A stretch of 64,000 nucleotides of DNA from Octopus bimaculoides (Eukaryota): contig NC_068995.1 in NCBI RefSeq assembly GCF_001194135.2, positions 22,273,741 to 22,337,740 of the forward strand. The letters are read 5' to 3'. The notes below the pieces were generated by a model, which was given only the letters and a program-made list of their open reading frames with translations, ran no database searches and was not told the origin of the DNA. Both the position numbers and the translations under genes were made by a program. Of the stretch, positions 63,398-64,000 are shown one piece after another (position 1 is the first letter of the stretch; each line of letters begins with the position of its first letter).

Positions 63398-63804
63398 CTT
63401 TGTTAATTGAAATATATTATAATCAGGTTCCTTTGTACAGCATGCCAGTATATAGATATTTATGTTAAATTACGTTAAGATGAAAGGAAAACTAAAAACT
63501 AATGCTACAGTTCGTTGTGTGCAATAATGCCTCAGTTTTTAAATCAACTCAATCATTTCATAAATACACGATTTAATGACATTTTATAACGATTTCTGAA
63601 TATTGCCACAGATACTTAAATTTAGGTTGAAAATGTTTTGCATGAGCACTTCTAATAAGATTTTCAACACATTCATCTATGTACATACATATTTACCACC
63701 ATCCTGCAAAATTTTCTCTAATCATAAAAAAATTGCTGATACATTACCGTAGAGATTAATATCAAATTTCCGAAATGTACAGGCTTAGTTGACTTGTAAA
63801 AACC

Positions 63805-63945
63805 TCCGAAACTCATGGCTCCTGGTTCAATCTCATTGTGTGCATGTTGAGCAACTATCTGCTACTATAACCTCTGGTTAGTCGACGTCTTCTTGATGCA
63901 TTTGTAGACGGAAACTGAGAAAAGCTCATTGTGGATTAGTTGAGT
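63805..63945 (+). mobile_element. SINE family A, old degraded 5' fragment
   Basis: CCTGGTTCAATCTCA...CTACTATAACCTC...TTTGTAGACGGAAACTGA. Confidence 0.6.
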
Positions 63946-64000
63946 GTATGTGTGTATATGTGTGTGTGTGTATGTGTGTGAGAGAGAGAGAGAGTGAGAG

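Overview
AT-rich eukaryotic genomic DNA, dense in microsatellites and broken by many N gaps. The two recurring tRNA-derived SINE families match my recollection of octopus SINEs, so the source is probably Octopus (inference). I found no convincing host protein-coding exon, rRNA, tRNA gene or CRISPR array; the window reads as intergenic or intronic transposon debris. Recognisable elements: at least three Penelope-like element (PLE) pieces with GIY-YIG endonuclease; decayed HERO-like, R4-like and RTE LINEs; a young GC-rich zinc-knuckle ORF1 element; several Tc1/mariner relics (DD34D, DD37D); a mariner MITE; a candidate solo LTR; a Helitron-like repeat; SINEs and minisatellites. Best leads: (1) three different minimal hammerhead-ribozyme-like motifs, one with a non-canonical core inside a palindromic pseudo-LTR, all with palindromic helix III; (2) a PLE ORF that stays open although it appears to have lost the CCHH zinc motif; (3) an apparently ORF1-only (HAL1-like) Tx1/L1-type element whose 3' end abuts the tRNA head of a SINE. 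None is shown to be novel; all were read by eye and need the stated checks. Most long ORFs in the supplied track are artefacts of N gaps and microsatellites.
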